64,000 nucleotides of DNA from an uncultured candidate division Zixibacteria bacterium (GTDB taxonomy: Bacteria > Zixibacteria > MSB-5A5 > GN15 > FEB-12), in assembly GCA_963707365.1 (NCBI GenBank), contig CAVPPI010000009.1:129778-193777 (forward strand), in the 5' to 3' direction. The notes beneath the pieces are model-generated. The model searched no databases. It was not told where the DNA came from and worked only from the letters and a program-made list of their open reading frames with translations. The position numbers and the translations under genes were made by a program. Shown here piece after piece: positions 8,645-18,867 of this stretch (position 1 is the first letter of the stretch; the number at the start of each line of letters is the position of its first letter).

Positions 8645-10360
8645 ATGTTAAGATTAATATCAGGTTACCTGACCGCGGTCCGGGCAACCGTGACGGTGGT
8701 TTGCGCGGCATTTATTATTGCCGGCTGCACCGGCATAGAGGTTTCGCGATACTACGATAACGGCGCCGTGGCGACATCATCGCCGATAGCCACCGAGATC
8801 GGCCGTCAGGTTTTTGTTCGCGGCGGGAACGCTTTTGATGTAGCCGTTGCGGTCGGATTCGCGCTGGCGGTCTCGCATCCCGAGGCCGGCAATATCGGCG
8901 GTGGCGGGTTCGCTCTCATTCGGGACGGTTCAAGCGGGGATATTCGGGCTCTCGATTTTCGAGAGACGGCTCCGGCTGCGGCCTACGAACGAATGTATCT
9001 TGATGACTCCGGAGAGGTGATCGAAGATCTTTCGACGCTCGGAGCCAAAGCTGCAGGAGTACCGGGAACCGTTGCCGGACTGTACGAATTGTGGCAGGCG
9101 CACGGTACCCTGCCGTGGGAGGAGTTGGTCGGTTATGCCGCTGCACTGGCCGACACCGGCTTTGTGGTGGATCAGTACCTGGCCGGGTCGTTGGCGGATC
9201 ACGAGTCCGGACTAAGAAAATTCGAAGAAACTTCAAGGCAGTATCTTCCAACCGGCCGCGCCCCCGGGGCGGGTTTTTCTCTGGTTCAGCAAGATTTAGC
9301 CAAGACACTTTACCTGATAGCGGCGGAAGGTCGCGATGGTTTCTACAAGGGGGAAATAGCTTCTCTCATAGATTCGACCATGCGCCTTCGCGGCGGACTC
9401 ATCACAGTGCAAGATCTCGAGAATTACCAGCCTGTCTGGCGGGAGCCGATACATGTCGAGTTCGACTCGCTTGATGTTTACTCTATGCCACCGCCAAGCT
9501 CCGGCGGTATACTGGTAGGGCAGATTTTGAAAATTTTGGAGCCATTCGATTTTTCACGCCTCTCGCCCAACTCGCCGCAGTTTATTCATCTGTTTTGCGA
9601 AGCCTGCCGTTTGGCCTTTGCTGATCGCAGTGAACATCTGGGCGATCCCGATTTCTATGATGTCCCGGTGGCCGGTCTGCTCGATGACGCATATATCGAC
9701 GAGCGCCGCGCACTGATTGTCGCTGATCACGCAGTGCCTTCACAGGAAGTGAGACCGGGAGTGATTCCCAGGGTTGAGTCTGAACAGACGACTCATTTTT
9801 CGGTCTGTGACCGCCAGGGCAACATGGTAGCCATCACTTATACGTTGAACGCTTCTTATGGAAGTATGCTGGTCGTTGATGGTGCGGGTTTTCTGTTGAA
9901 CAACGAGATGGATGATTTTTCGGTGAAGCCGGGCTTCCCGAATATCTATGGCCTGGTGGGGGCCGAGGCTAACAAAATCGAGCCGAACAAGCGCATGCTG
10001 TCATCGATGTCGCCGACCCTGATACTGAAAGATGATCGCCCCTATCTGGCTATTGGAGCGCCCGGTGGCGGCAAGATTATAACAGTGGTTGCTCAGGCCA
10101 TCCTGAATCTGACAAGATTTGATCTTACCCCGACTGAGACGGCAGCTCTACCGAGAGTGCATCATCAATGGTTGCCGGATGTTCTTTATCTGGAGGAGGG
10201 CGGTTTCGACATCAATGTCAAGCAGGCGCTTATCAGTCTTGGTCATCACATTGAAGAGCGCAGCCCCTACAGTGATGTACAGTTGATATATGTTGACCCT
10301 GATGGATCAATGACAGGCGCCTCGGATCCGCGGAAGCGCGGGACAACCGACGGTTATTGA
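8645..10360 (+). CDS. ggt: Gamma-glutamyltransferase (lipoprotein)
   Basis: GGNAFD, GNIGGGGF, LDFRETAP, QTTHFSV (nucleophile Thr), LNNEMDDF, MLSSMSP, RVHHQWLP; lipobox IIAGC. Confidence 0.96.
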   Translation: MLRLISGYLTAVRATVTVVCAAFIIAGCTGIEVSRYYDNGAVATSSPIATEIGRQVFVRGGNAFDVAVAVGFALAVSHPEAGNIGGGGFALIRDGSSGDIRALDFRETAPAAAYERMYLDDSGEVIEDLSTLGAKAAGVPGTVAGLYELWQAHGTLPWEELVGYAAALADTGFVVDQYLAGSLADHESGLRKFEETSRQYLPTGRAPGAGFSLVQQDLAKTLYLIAAEGRDGFYKGEIASLIDSTMRLRGGLITVQDLENYQPVWREPIHVEFDSLDVYSMPPPSSGGILVGQILKILEPFDFSRLSPNSPQFIHLFCEACRLAFADRSEHLGDPDFYDVPVAGLLDDAYIDERRALIVADHAVPSQEVRPGVIPRVESEQTTHFSVCDRQGNMVAITYTLNASYGSMLVVDGAGFLLNNEMDDFSVKPGFPNIYGLVGAEANKIEPNKRMLSSMSPTLILKDDRPYLAIGAPGGGKIITVVAQAILNLTRFDLTPTETAALPRVHHQWLPDVLYLEEGGFDINVKQALISLGHHIEERSPYSDVQLIYVDPDGSMTGASDPRKRGTTDGY

Positions 10361-10362
10361 TT

Positions 10363-11646
10363 CTACTCCGTCTCTGCCCCGGAGTTACCGGCCGGCAGGG
10401 ATACCTTAGGTTCCTCAGAGTCCTTGCGACAGTTTCTTATTCCCAGAATGATCGCTCCGGCCCCGATGATACTTATTATTACGTAGATGAGAAAACCAAC
10501 GTACGGCACGGCGCACACTAAAGTCAGCAGTGCCAGGCCTATCAGCAATTGGAAACGACTCAGATAGGTGGCGCCGGGCTTCATCAGTTTGATCAGGGAA
10601 TATCCGGCGACAAGGGCAAAGACGATTTTCCCGCTGTAAAACAGTACTCCCCCGGAAACGGTTATGAAGCTGGTGATTGGGACCATGAAGATTGAAAGTG
10701 CCAGCACCAATCCTCCCACGGGGGAACCATCGGAACTATAGACCAATAGCAGCCCTGTGGTAACCAACACGCCGGAAATTACGAGGATAACCACGCTGAC
10801 GACGAAGATAATGAGGGCCAGCAATCCGGTGGCGGTCGCCACCGCGAAATTGGCCTTAAGTTGCTGTACCGACTCCATGGCGTATCGTTTGAAAAGGAGA
10901 AGCAGAACGACGCCAAACAGAAATGCTGCCATCAGCTTGGAAAGGCCTACGATTCCCGAGGTAAACAGGCCTACGTTGCTTTTGTCCTCCGGAGCGGTCT
11001 TGGGTTCCCAGATCGTCTCACCGACAATGGTCACGCCGGAATTAATATCAATAAAGGCTTCCTTGTCAGAATAGTATGTCAGGTTGCCTTCGATGAAGGC
11101 AGGCGGGAGGATATTTATATTGTCGCTTTTCAGAATAACATCACCGTGAATCACGCCGCTGATATACACAGCTCCTGCCGTAATCTCGACATCCTCGCGC
11201 GCCATACCGTCGAAATAGACACTGCCACCCAACAGCACGGCATCCTTCTCAATGACGGTTTTTTCTCCAACGCGAATTTCCTGGCCGCTTGCGAGCATTG
11301 ACCGGCCGATATAGCCGTTAACATCGACCCGGTTGACAAAGGCCCTCAGGGCGCCATCGACTTTACCGGTATGGGTGAAACTGTAGGCAAAAACGTTTTG
11401 TGAGCCTCTGACATGGCCGTTGGTATTGACAGTATAGGCCCCGGCGATAAGATCGCCTTCAATGAGGCCGTCCACGGTAATCTGAGATCCCCAGGCCAGG
11501 AGGTCATCGTCGATACGATGAAGATTGGAGATGTGAACGTTATCTTCACTTTCGAACGTAATGGCGCTGCTCTGGCCGGTCAGCATAAATAGGGTAAGCA
11601 GAATGGCGCCAAACACGGGACGATATGTGTTACGAGCTAACTTCAT
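10363..11646 (-). CDS. Exported bactofilin/polymer-forming beta-helix domain fused to a multi-TM C-terminal domain
   Basis: Signal peptide; repeated V.G.I.GD beta-helix pattern; about 6 hydrophobic helices ending in AVPYVG. Confidence 0.75.
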   Translation of the reverse strand: MKLARNTYRPVFGAILLTLFMLTGQSSAITFESEDNVHISNLHRIDDDLLAWGSQITVDGLIEGDLIAGAYTVNTNGHVRGSQNVFAYSFTHTGKVDGALRAFVNRVDVNGYIGRSMLASGQEIRVGEKTVIEKDAVLLGGSVYFDGMAREDVEITAGAVYISGVIHGDVILKSDNINILPPAFIEGNLTYYSDKEAFIDINSGVTIVGETIWEPKTAPEDKSNVGLFTSGIVGLSKLMAAFLFGVVLLLLFKRYAMESVQQLKANFAVATATGLLALIIFVVSVVILVISGVLVTTGLLLVYSSDGSPVGGLVLALSIFMVPITSFITVSGGVLFYSGKIVFALVAGYSLIKLMKPGATYLSRFQLLIGLALLTLVCAVPYVGFLIYVIISIIGAGAIILGIRNCRKDSEEPKVSLPAGNSGAETE

Positions 11647-11919
11647 CTCATTTCCTTTTTCCGGTTCTATTAATAAACTACGTTCAACAGGAAATCGAGT
11701 TGCCTCATCTGGTCTTAATATATCTTAAGAAACGGGCTAAGGGGAATTAAGAAAAGTGTTTTTTTCTGATATGCGGGGTTTAACGCCGGCCTGCCCGACC
11801 GCGTTTTCGCCGTTTTTCCTGACCTCCCCGGCTACAATTACACTTGAATTATCATTCTTGTTTGTTTTATTTCAATCAGACGCGAATCACGATGTGTTTC
11901 GGCAAACTGATGAGATAGC

Positions 11920-13662
11920 ATGAATGTATTGTTTTACTTCCTGGTAGCTCTTGCCTGCTTCATATTGGCCTACCGGTTCTATGGACGGTTTGTGGCCCGT
12001 GCTCTGGGCGAAAATGCCGACCGCCCCACTCCCGCAGTTGAGATAAATGATGGCAAGGATTATGTCCCGACACGCCCCTCGGTGCTCTTTGCCCATCACT
12101 ATTCAACGATTGCCGGCGCCGGCCCTATCGTGGGGCCGACTCTGGGCATTCTCTACGGTGTAGGCCCGGCCTGGTTATGGGTGATTATCGGGGCGATTTT
12201 CTTTGGGGCCGTTCACGACTTTGTGGCTCTTTTCGCCTCGATTCGGGAGGGGGGGAGTTCTATGGCCGAAGTAGCGCGTAAATCGCTCGGCAAGTCCGGC
12301 TTCACCATGTTCATTGTTTTTACGATTGTTCTTCTCGTCCTGGTGACTTCGGCCTTTCTGTCTTTCACGGCCATATCCCTGACATCGCTCTACCCGCTTG
12401 ACAAACTGGGGCTTGAACCGGGACAGACCATGCTCAGAACCACCACCGTCGGTGACCAGACGATGGGTATCGTGGGAGGCATAGCCTCTACTTCGGTAAT
12501 CGTAATAACTGTCCTGGCTCCGCTTCTCGGCTACCTGGTCAGCAGGCGTGAGATTAAGACATGGCTGGCGTTTGCCATAGCGTTCGGTATCTGTTTTCTG
12601 TCGGTCTTTGTTGGTTTCAACCATCCGCTGTCTTTGTCACCTCATTTGTGGATGGTCATAATCGCGATATACACTTTCTTCGCCTGTGAGACGCCGGTGT
12701 GGTTCATTTTGCAGCCCCGTGATTTCGTCAACGTTCAGATTCTATACTTCGGTATGGCGGCGATGATTGTGGGTGTGGTTGTCTCCGGCCTTCAGGGTCT
12801 CACCGTGACAGCGCCGGTAAGTAACCTTGCGGCCGGCACGGCCAAAATGGGCCCGGTCTGGCCGTTTTTGTTTATCACTATTGCCTGCGGTGCCATCTCC
12901 GGGTTTCACGCTCTGGTGGCCGGAGGGACATCGTCGAAGCAACTGGCGCGGGAGAATCAGGCGAAGGCTATTGGATACGGAGGCATGCTGCTGGAGGGGC
13001 TGCTTGCTGTGCTGGTTCTCGTAGCGATTGGTTCCTCGCTGAAATTCAATGACTACATGGCAATCGCCTGGCCGGAAACCGGAAGCGGCAATCCTATCTT
13101 GGCTTTTGCTCTATCGCTGGGGCATCTGCTGAACGGATCAATAGGTCTGTCGATGGCATTCTCAACCGTGATCGGCATTCTGATTGTTGAAGGTTTCCTG
13201 ATTACGACTCTTGACTCTGCTGTCCGGTTGAACCGCTACCTGTTCGAGGAACTCTGGAAATCAGTCTTTGAACGCCCGCCGGCGTATATGAAGAAATTCT
13301 GGTTCAACTCCGGTCTGTCAGTTATTCTTATGCTTTTGCTCTCGTGGACCAATAGCTACCAACATATCTGGCCGCTGTTCGGTTCAACGAATCAACTTTT
13401 GGCGGCGCTGACTCTTATCGCCGTGACAGTCTGGCTTAATAGAGCGGGACGACCAACTTGGTTCACTATTGTCCCGGCCGTCATTATGGTCATAACTACA
13501 ATGTCGGCATTGGGTTACAAGTTATTTCAGGATTATCTGCCAGGGCACAACTATTTACTGGCTGCCGTTGATATAATTCTGCTGGTACTGGCGGTGGGGG
13601 TGGTGCGGCTGTCAATCCGCAAACTGACCGAACCGGGAGCGGCCGTTCGTCCTTCCATTTAA
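11920..13662 (+). CDS. cstA: Carbon starvation protein A family transporter
   Basis: DGKDYVP, HHYSTIAGAGPIVGP, ACGAISGFH, WPLFGSTNQLLA. Confidence 0.95.
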   Translation: MNVLFYFLVALACFILAYRFYGRFVARALGENADRPTPAVEINDGKDYVPTRPSVLFAHHYSTIAGAGPIVGPTLGILYGVGPAWLWVIIGAIFFGAVHDFVALFASIREGGSSMAEVARKSLGKSGFTMFIVFTIVLLVLVTSAFLSFTAISLTSLYPLDKLGLEPGQTMLRTTTVGDQTMGIVGGIASTSVIVITVLAPLLGYLVSRREIKTWLAFAIAFGICFLSVFVGFNHPLSLSPHLWMVIIAIYTFFACETPVWFILQPRDFVNVQILYFGMAAMIVGVVVSGLQGLTVTAPVSNLAAGTAKMGPVWPFLFITIACGAISGFHALVAGGTSSKQLARENQAKAIGYGGMLLEGLLAVLVLVAIGSSLKFNDYMAIAWPETGSGNPILAFALSLGHLLNGSIGLSMAFSTVIGILIVEGFLITTLDSAVRLNRYLFEELWKSVFERPPAYMKKFWFNSGLSVILMLLLSWTNSYQHIWPLFGSTNQLLAALTLIAVTVWLNRAGRPTWFTIVPAVIMVITTMSALGYKLFQDYLPGHNYLLAAVDIILLVLAVGVVRLSIRKLTEPGAAVRPSI

Positions 13663-13726
13663 GCTTAATTGTAAGCTTTCAATCAAAAAACCTGCGTTTT
13701 GACCGATATATAGGCAAAGTAGGATA

Positions 13727-15304
13727 TTGTCTAACATGAAGTTATTTCTCGATCGCCACAAGACCTTATTGCCGCGAGTAGATATAATCTATCTTCTGAC
13801 CCGGTCAATGGTTCTTTGCGCCATCGCCTGGTACGTGTTTTTCGGCGACCTGGCCAGCGAGGACCACAACCTGTTTTACTTTCTGCTCGGTACGTTCGTC
13901 GTCCATCTGTTACTGTTTTTTACGGCGATGAAGGGGAAGTTCGATCTTAAGCTGGCCTACCTCTCGGCGATTATCTATGACATTCTGATGATACCGCTGT
14001 TGATTCTCTACACGAGCAAGGTGGACGGTGCCCATTCTCCGTTTTATCTTTTGTTTTTTCTGACGGTCTCGGTGGCGGCCTATGTGCTCACTTTCTGGTT
14101 TTCTCTTGCCACTACCGTTCTGGTGACGGCGGCTCTTCTCGTTTCCATAGGAGACGAAATTCACGTCGGACATCTGTTCGATATTTCGATGCGTGTTGGT
14201 TTCATCTGGGTTTACTATTTTGCCATCCTATACGCATCCGATTATATGCGTCGTTCCGAAAAGCGCCTGCTTAAACTTTTCAATACGTTAAACCAGCGGA
14301 CGTCGGAACTCGAGAGGTCTCAGGCTCATCTTGAGATGATCTACGAGAACACCCGCATTCTTGCCTCTATCCTCGAACCCGACAGTGTTGTCAAAGAGGT
14401 GATGAGGATTATGGGCAACATTCTGCAGTACAAGGCGTATGCGATAGTGTTCAAAGATAAATGGGGTAATTTCTACTATCGAGCGCGGTTTCAGGCCGGC
14501 CAGAACAATTTCCATCTTAAGGCGATCGATGTCTCCCGGATGGAATTGGTACGCAAGGCGGCCGATATGGGTGAACCGATAATCGTGAAGGATGTTTCCA
14601 GCCGGCAGGATGTCAAGCCGCTTGACCAGGAAACGCATGCGATGATGATTGTGCCTATGACATCACATGCGCATACTAATGGTCTGTTGACCGCGGAATC
14701 GGATGAGATCGGCCACTTCGCGGATAAAGATCTCCAGATGTTGTCGGTTGTTGCCCGCTCGGCGGCACTGGCTCTGGAAAACTCGGAACTTCACAAAAAG
14801 ACCGAGGAACTGACTATCATAGATGAATTGACAGAGACGTATAACTATAGATACTTTGTACAGAAGCTTCAGGAAGAAAAGCGAAGAGCGAGCAGATATT
14901 CGGTGCCGCTGTCGCTTATCATGGTGGATATTGACTGGTTCAAAAAGCTCAACGATAGTTACGGACACGAGGTTGGGAACTACGTTCTTCGCAAGCTGTC
15001 GGGAATAATCCAGCGCTGTATTCGTGATGTTGATATTTTTGCACGTTACGGCGGCGAGGAGTTTGCGATTATCCTTCCACAGACTCAGAGGAAGGAAGCA
15101 TCGATAATCGGCGAGCGTATTCGGGAACAAGTCGAGAAAGAGGTTTTTGAGGCAAGGCAGTACGGTAAGCTAAAAGTCACCGTGTCGGTGGGTGTGAGTT
15201 CGTTTCCTGAGAACGGGAAATCACAGGAGGAACTGGTATCAGTCGCCGACCAGGCTCTTTATCAAGCCAAGGGTGAGGGAAAAAACGCGGTATGTGTCAT
15301 CTAG
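13727..15304 (+). CDS. Membrane-bound GAF-GGDEF diguanylate cyclase
   Basis: N-terminal TM helices, GAF domain, DIDWFKKLNDSYGH, RDVD I-site, RYGGEEF (start may be ATG 13736). Confidence 0.93.
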   Translation: MSNMKLFLDRHKTLLPRVDIIYLLTRSMVLCAIAWYVFFGDLASEDHNLFYFLLGTFVVHLLLFFTAMKGKFDLKLAYLSAIIYDILMIPLLILYTSKVDGAHSPFYLLFFLTVSVAAYVLTFWFSLATTVLVTAALLVSIGDEIHVGHLFDISMRVGFIWVYYFAILYASDYMRRSEKRLLKLFNTLNQRTSELERSQAHLEMIYENTRILASILEPDSVVKEVMRIMGNILQYKAYAIVFKDKWGNFYYRARFQAGQNNFHLKAIDVSRMELVRKAADMGEPIIVKDVSSRQDVKPLDQETHAMMIVPMTSHAHTNGLLTAESDEIGHFADKDLQMLSVVARSAALALENSELHKKTEELTIIDELTETYNYRYFVQKLQEEKRRASRYSVPLSLIMVDIDWFKKLNDSYGHEVGNYVLRKLSGIIQRCIRDVDIFARYGGEEFAIILPQTQRKEASIIGERIREQVEKEVFEARQYGKLKVTVSVGVSSFPENGKSQEELVSVADQALYQAKGEGKNAVCVI

Positions 15305-15342
15305 ATTCGTCGCCTTCGTAGCATACTGACATTTTAGGGGAA

Positions 15343-16350
15343 ATGGATAAGATGTTGGAAGCACTAAAACAAATAGGCCAGTTATTCATAATCGGCTTTC
15401 CCGAACGCAAGCCGTCCTCGGCATTTTTGAATTTCATCCAGGAAGAAAATATCGGCGGCGTGATTTTTTTCAGGGCTAATTGTCCCACACATCAAATGAT
15501 AGAGAAGAACATTCGGCTGATCAATGACCACTGCCAGATCAGGATGCCGTTTATTGCGGTGGACCAGGAGGGCGGCAGAGTGTGCCGCATACATGGCGCC
15601 CCGGCCGAATTCAGTGCGGCCGAAGATTACGGCAGCCGGCTCGGTATCGAAGCCTTTGAGGAGGATTTCGGCAGGGCGGCTTTGTGCATGGAGAAGCTCG
15701 GTGTCAATTTAGTGTTGGCGCCCGTCTGCGATATTTTTCTCAACGAGAAAAACACGTGTCTCAAAGGTCGCTGTTTCGGGCAGTCGGCTTATGAGGTGAT
15801 CCCTTTCGTAGAGAAAGCTGTGGAAGTCTGTCACAAATACGGTTTGCTTTCGTGCCTCAAGCATTTTCCGGGACTGGGCGCCGCCGGGATTGATCCACAC
15901 GAGAAAACCACTACCGCTGAGTATGACGAACTGGTCTGGGAACAAAGAGAAAAACTGCCTTTTGCCGCAGGTATCGAAAAAGGTGCCGATTTCGTCATGA
16001 CCACACATATCGAGCTACCTGCCTTTGACAATCAAATGGTGACGGCCTCGGAAAAAATCATAACCGGCTATCTCAGGCAACGGTTGGCCTTTGACGGCCC
16101 TGTTATCACCGATGATCTGACCATGACAGGTGCGGCCCGGCTGGGTTCCGTGGGGAGTCGGGCTGTTGCGGCTTTCAATGCCGGACACGATCTATTGCTG
16201 TTCGGACAGGATCTGGATGCAGCCATGGAAGCATATGAATATTTCAAAGACGCTGCTCAACGTGGCGAAATTTCTCCGGATCGAATCAAAGCCTCTCTTG
16301 ATAGGATTACAGGAATAAAATTCAAACTGGGCAAATCCGTTTTATATTGA
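15343..16350 (+). CDS. nagZ: Beta-N-acetylhexosaminidase (GH3)
   Basis: AVDQEGGRV, LAPVCD, KHFPGLG....DPH, ITDDL.M; next to anmK. Confidence 0.9.
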   Translation: MDKMLEALKQIGQLFIIGFPERKPSSAFLNFIQEENIGGVIFFRANCPTHQMIEKNIRLINDHCQIRMPFIAVDQEGGRVCRIHGAPAEFSAAEDYGSRLGIEAFEEDFGRAALCMEKLGVNLVLAPVCDIFLNEKNTCLKGRCFGQSAYEVIPFVEKAVEVCHKYGLLSCLKHFPGLGAAGIDPHEKTTTAEYDELVWEQREKLPFAAGIEKGADFVMTTHIELPAFDNQMVTASEKIITGYLRQRLAFDGPVITDDLTMTGAARLGSVGSRAVAAFNAGHDLLLFGQDLDAAMEAYEYFKDAAQRGEISPDRIKASLDRITGIKFKLGKSVLY

Positions 16351-16362
16351 TACCTTTCGGCC

Positions 16363-17568
16363 ATGTCATTGAGTCGAAGCCTCACAAAAAAGAGCCTGAC
16401 TATCCTCGGCCTTAACTCCGGGACGTCGGCGGACGGTCTCGATATGGCCGCCGTGCGTATTGCACAGGTTGGGGGCGATAGACGTATCAAGTTTATTCGT
16501 GGTGCCACCAAACCGTTCCCCGTTACCCTCAAGCGCCTGATTCTCGACATAGCCGACTCCGAGAAAATCCGTCTCGAAGATTTAATCTACCTGGACAATA
16601 TTCTGGGACAGTTCTACGGTCGGGCGGCCAGGGCGTTTTTGTCAAAGCTCCCGACAGGGGTGACTATCGATGCCGTGGCGTCTCACGGGCAGACAGTGAG
16701 GCACGCCCCGCAAAAAGTGAAACGTTCGGGTTATACTGTTCGCGGAAGTCTGCAGATCGGCTCGGCGGATTTCATTGCTGCCGCCACCGGGAAAGTCGTC
16801 ATAAGTGATTTTCGTCAGGCGGATATCGCTCTGGGCAACGAGGGTGCGCCAATTACCGTAGCAGCCATGGAGGAGTTGTTTCGTGCGGGCAGCGAATCAA
16901 GATTGATTGTGAATATCGGGGGAATGGCCAACTATTTCTATTTTCCGGCGCGAAATTCCCGCCTGAGAGTTATGGCGGCTGATTGCGGACCGGGTAACAG
17001 TCTGAGCGACATTCTGGCTCAGAAACTGTTCGGTGAGAAATATGACAGGGGCGGCAGGCGGGCTAAGAAAGGCCGAAGCTGCGAAGAGCTACTGTCGAGT
17101 TTGCTGAAGTCGTCTTTTTACAGAGGGCATACTACCTCGACCGGTCGCGAAGCATTCGGTAAGCTGATGGCGGCGGAGATTGTCCGCGATAGTCGTCGGC
17201 GGAGGTTATCGGATGATGATATCATGGCGACGGCCGCCGAATTGACGGTCGTTTCGGTGGCAAGGGCAGTTCAGCCTCTGTTGAAACGGGATAAATCGCT
17301 GTCAAAATTATATTTGACCGGGGGTGGAAAACATAACATTTTCATGATGAACAAACTCCGGCATTACATACCGGGTCTGCAAATCGCCCCCATCGACGTA
17401 CTCGGAATCGATGGAGACTATGTAGAGGCTGTAGCCTATGCCGTGATGGGTGAAGCCTGCCTGCGTTCTCGAATGCTTCAGACAACGTACGGAAAAGCCG
17501 ACCGCAGAGTTTTGCAGCCGATTTCGGGTAAGATAACACAGCCCCCCGGGCGCAGGAAGCAACAATGA
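16363..17568 (+). CDS. anmK: Anhydro-N-acetylmuramic acid kinase
   Basis: GLNSGTSADGLD, SHGQTV, DFRQADIALG.EGAP, NIGGMAN, DCGPGN, STGRE. Confidence 0.95.
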   Translation: MSLSRSLTKKSLTILGLNSGTSADGLDMAAVRIAQVGGDRRIKFIRGATKPFPVTLKRLILDIADSEKIRLEDLIYLDNILGQFYGRAARAFLSKLPTGVTIDAVASHGQTVRHAPQKVKRSGYTVRGSLQIGSADFIAAATGKVVISDFRQADIALGNEGAPITVAAMEELFRAGSESRLIVNIGGMANYFYFPARNSRLRVMAADCGPGNSLSDILAQKLFGEKYDRGGRRAKKGRSCEELLSSLLKSSFYRGHTTSTGREAFGKLMAAEIVRDSRRRRLSDDDIMATAAELTVVSVARAVQPLLKRDKSLSKLYLTGGGKHNIFMMNKLRHYIPGLQIAPIDVLGIDGDYVEAVAYAVMGEACLRSRMLQTTYGKADRRVLQPISGKITQPPGRRKQQ

Positions 17569-18842
17569 GAATAGGAAAAATTTTGAGCACTGTCGTTAAG
17601 TACACCGGTCGCGTCGGGACTGTCCTGTGCCTGATGATATTGGTCTGGAGTTGTGCGACCGTACCGGGGCTTCAGGAAGAATCATCGAGTACGTTCATAA
17701 GAATCCCGTTTGTGCGGGTGCTTCTCGATGAAAATCACGACGAGGCCACTGTGGCCGCCGACGGTTCCTTTGCTATCGAATGTCTGAAGCAGGGGGAGCA
17801 GTCGGTGTTTTATTCGTCACGCGCCGTGAAGGTGAAAAACACCAGAGGTTTTCTGAGGGTGGAAAACCACAAGGGAGCCGTAATCCAGGAGCGTCTTGAT
17901 GAAGTCAATATCATCCCACGGGGAAACAACAACAGGGTGATTCTCGATGGAGCGCGCTACCGGGGGATTCTCAAGATGCTACCCGACGGGCAATCGGTTC
18001 AATTGATCAATGTAGTTTACATGGAAGACTACCTGCGGGGGGTCGTTCCTCCCGAAATCGGTAAGCGAACCGAAGACGAACTTGAGGCCGTTAAAGCTCA
18101 GGCAGTGGCGGCCCGGACCTACGCTATGGCTCACCTTCAACAGTATTCGAACGAACAGTACGATATGAAGTCCAGTATTGTCGATCAGGTATATCAGGGG
18201 GCCGGCGTCGAAGACAAACTGGTCAATCGGGCAATTGACGTTACCGCCGGTAGGGTGCTGTTTTTCGAAGACAAATACATAAATGCCTACTACCATTCCA
18301 CCTGTGGCGGCTATACCGATGATATCGCCAGTGTTTGGGACAGAAAAGAACTACCCTATTTGAAATCCGTTCAGGATGGCGGCGCATGCTCCTGGTCCAA
18401 GTACTACAATTGGAGCGAAGAGTTCTCGGAGTCACAGTTGCGGGGCCGTCTGGAGCAATATCTTTCCAGCGACCGCGGACGTGATCTCCGGATCGGGAAA
18501 ATTCGGGATATTACTATTACCGAATACACGCCGGGAGGAAGAGTGGCAACGATGTTGGTGCATACCGATCAGGATGTTTTTCGCTTTCACAAGGATCGTA
18601 TCAGGTGGGTTGTCGGTCGCACCTCGAATCCCGATCTGATATTGCCGTCGGATCGTTTCAAGGTCGAGATAGAACGTGACAATAGCGGCGATGTCCGGTC
18701 CATAACATTTAGCGGAAGCGGCTACGGGCACGGTGTGGGTATGTGTCAGTGTGGTGCTATCGGTCTGGCCAGAGAGGGCTGGACGTATGATCAGATCCTG
18801 ACTCATTATTACACGGGAGTTGAACTAAGAAAACTGTATTAA
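17565..18842 (+). CDS. SpoIID/LytB-domain lytic transglycosylase, probable lipoprotein
   Basis: EDYLRGVVPPE, AVKAQAVAARTY, YHSTCGG, GYGHGVGMCQCGA; VWSC lipobox. Confidence 0.93.
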   Translation: MRIGKILSTVVKYTGRVGTVLCLMILVWSCATVPGLQEESSSTFIRIPFVRVLLDENHDEATVAADGSFAIECLKQGEQSVFYSSRAVKVKNTRGFLRVENHKGAVIQERLDEVNIIPRGNNNRVILDGARYRGILKMLPDGQSVQLINVVYMEDYLRGVVPPEIGKRTEDELEAVKAQAVAARTYAMAHLQQYSNEQYDMKSSIVDQVYQGAGVEDKLVNRAIDVTAGRVLFFEDKYINAYYHSTCGGYTDDIASVWDRKELPYLKSVQDGGACSWSKYYNWSEEFSESQLRGRLEQYLSSDRGRDLRIGKIRDITITEYTPGGRVATMLVHTDQDVFRFHKDRIRWVVGRTSNPDLILPSDRFKVEIERDNSGDVRSITFSGSGYGHGVGMCQCGAIGLAREGWTYDQILTHYYTGVELRKLY

Positions 18843-18867
18843 GGATTTTTGTCCGGGGTTGTTTATA

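Noticed and set aside
15859-15900. Inactive NagZ (KHFPGLG....DPH instead of KHFPGHG....DSH)
   Set aside because: The catalytic Asp-x-His is retained and this kind of variation is tolerated in the family
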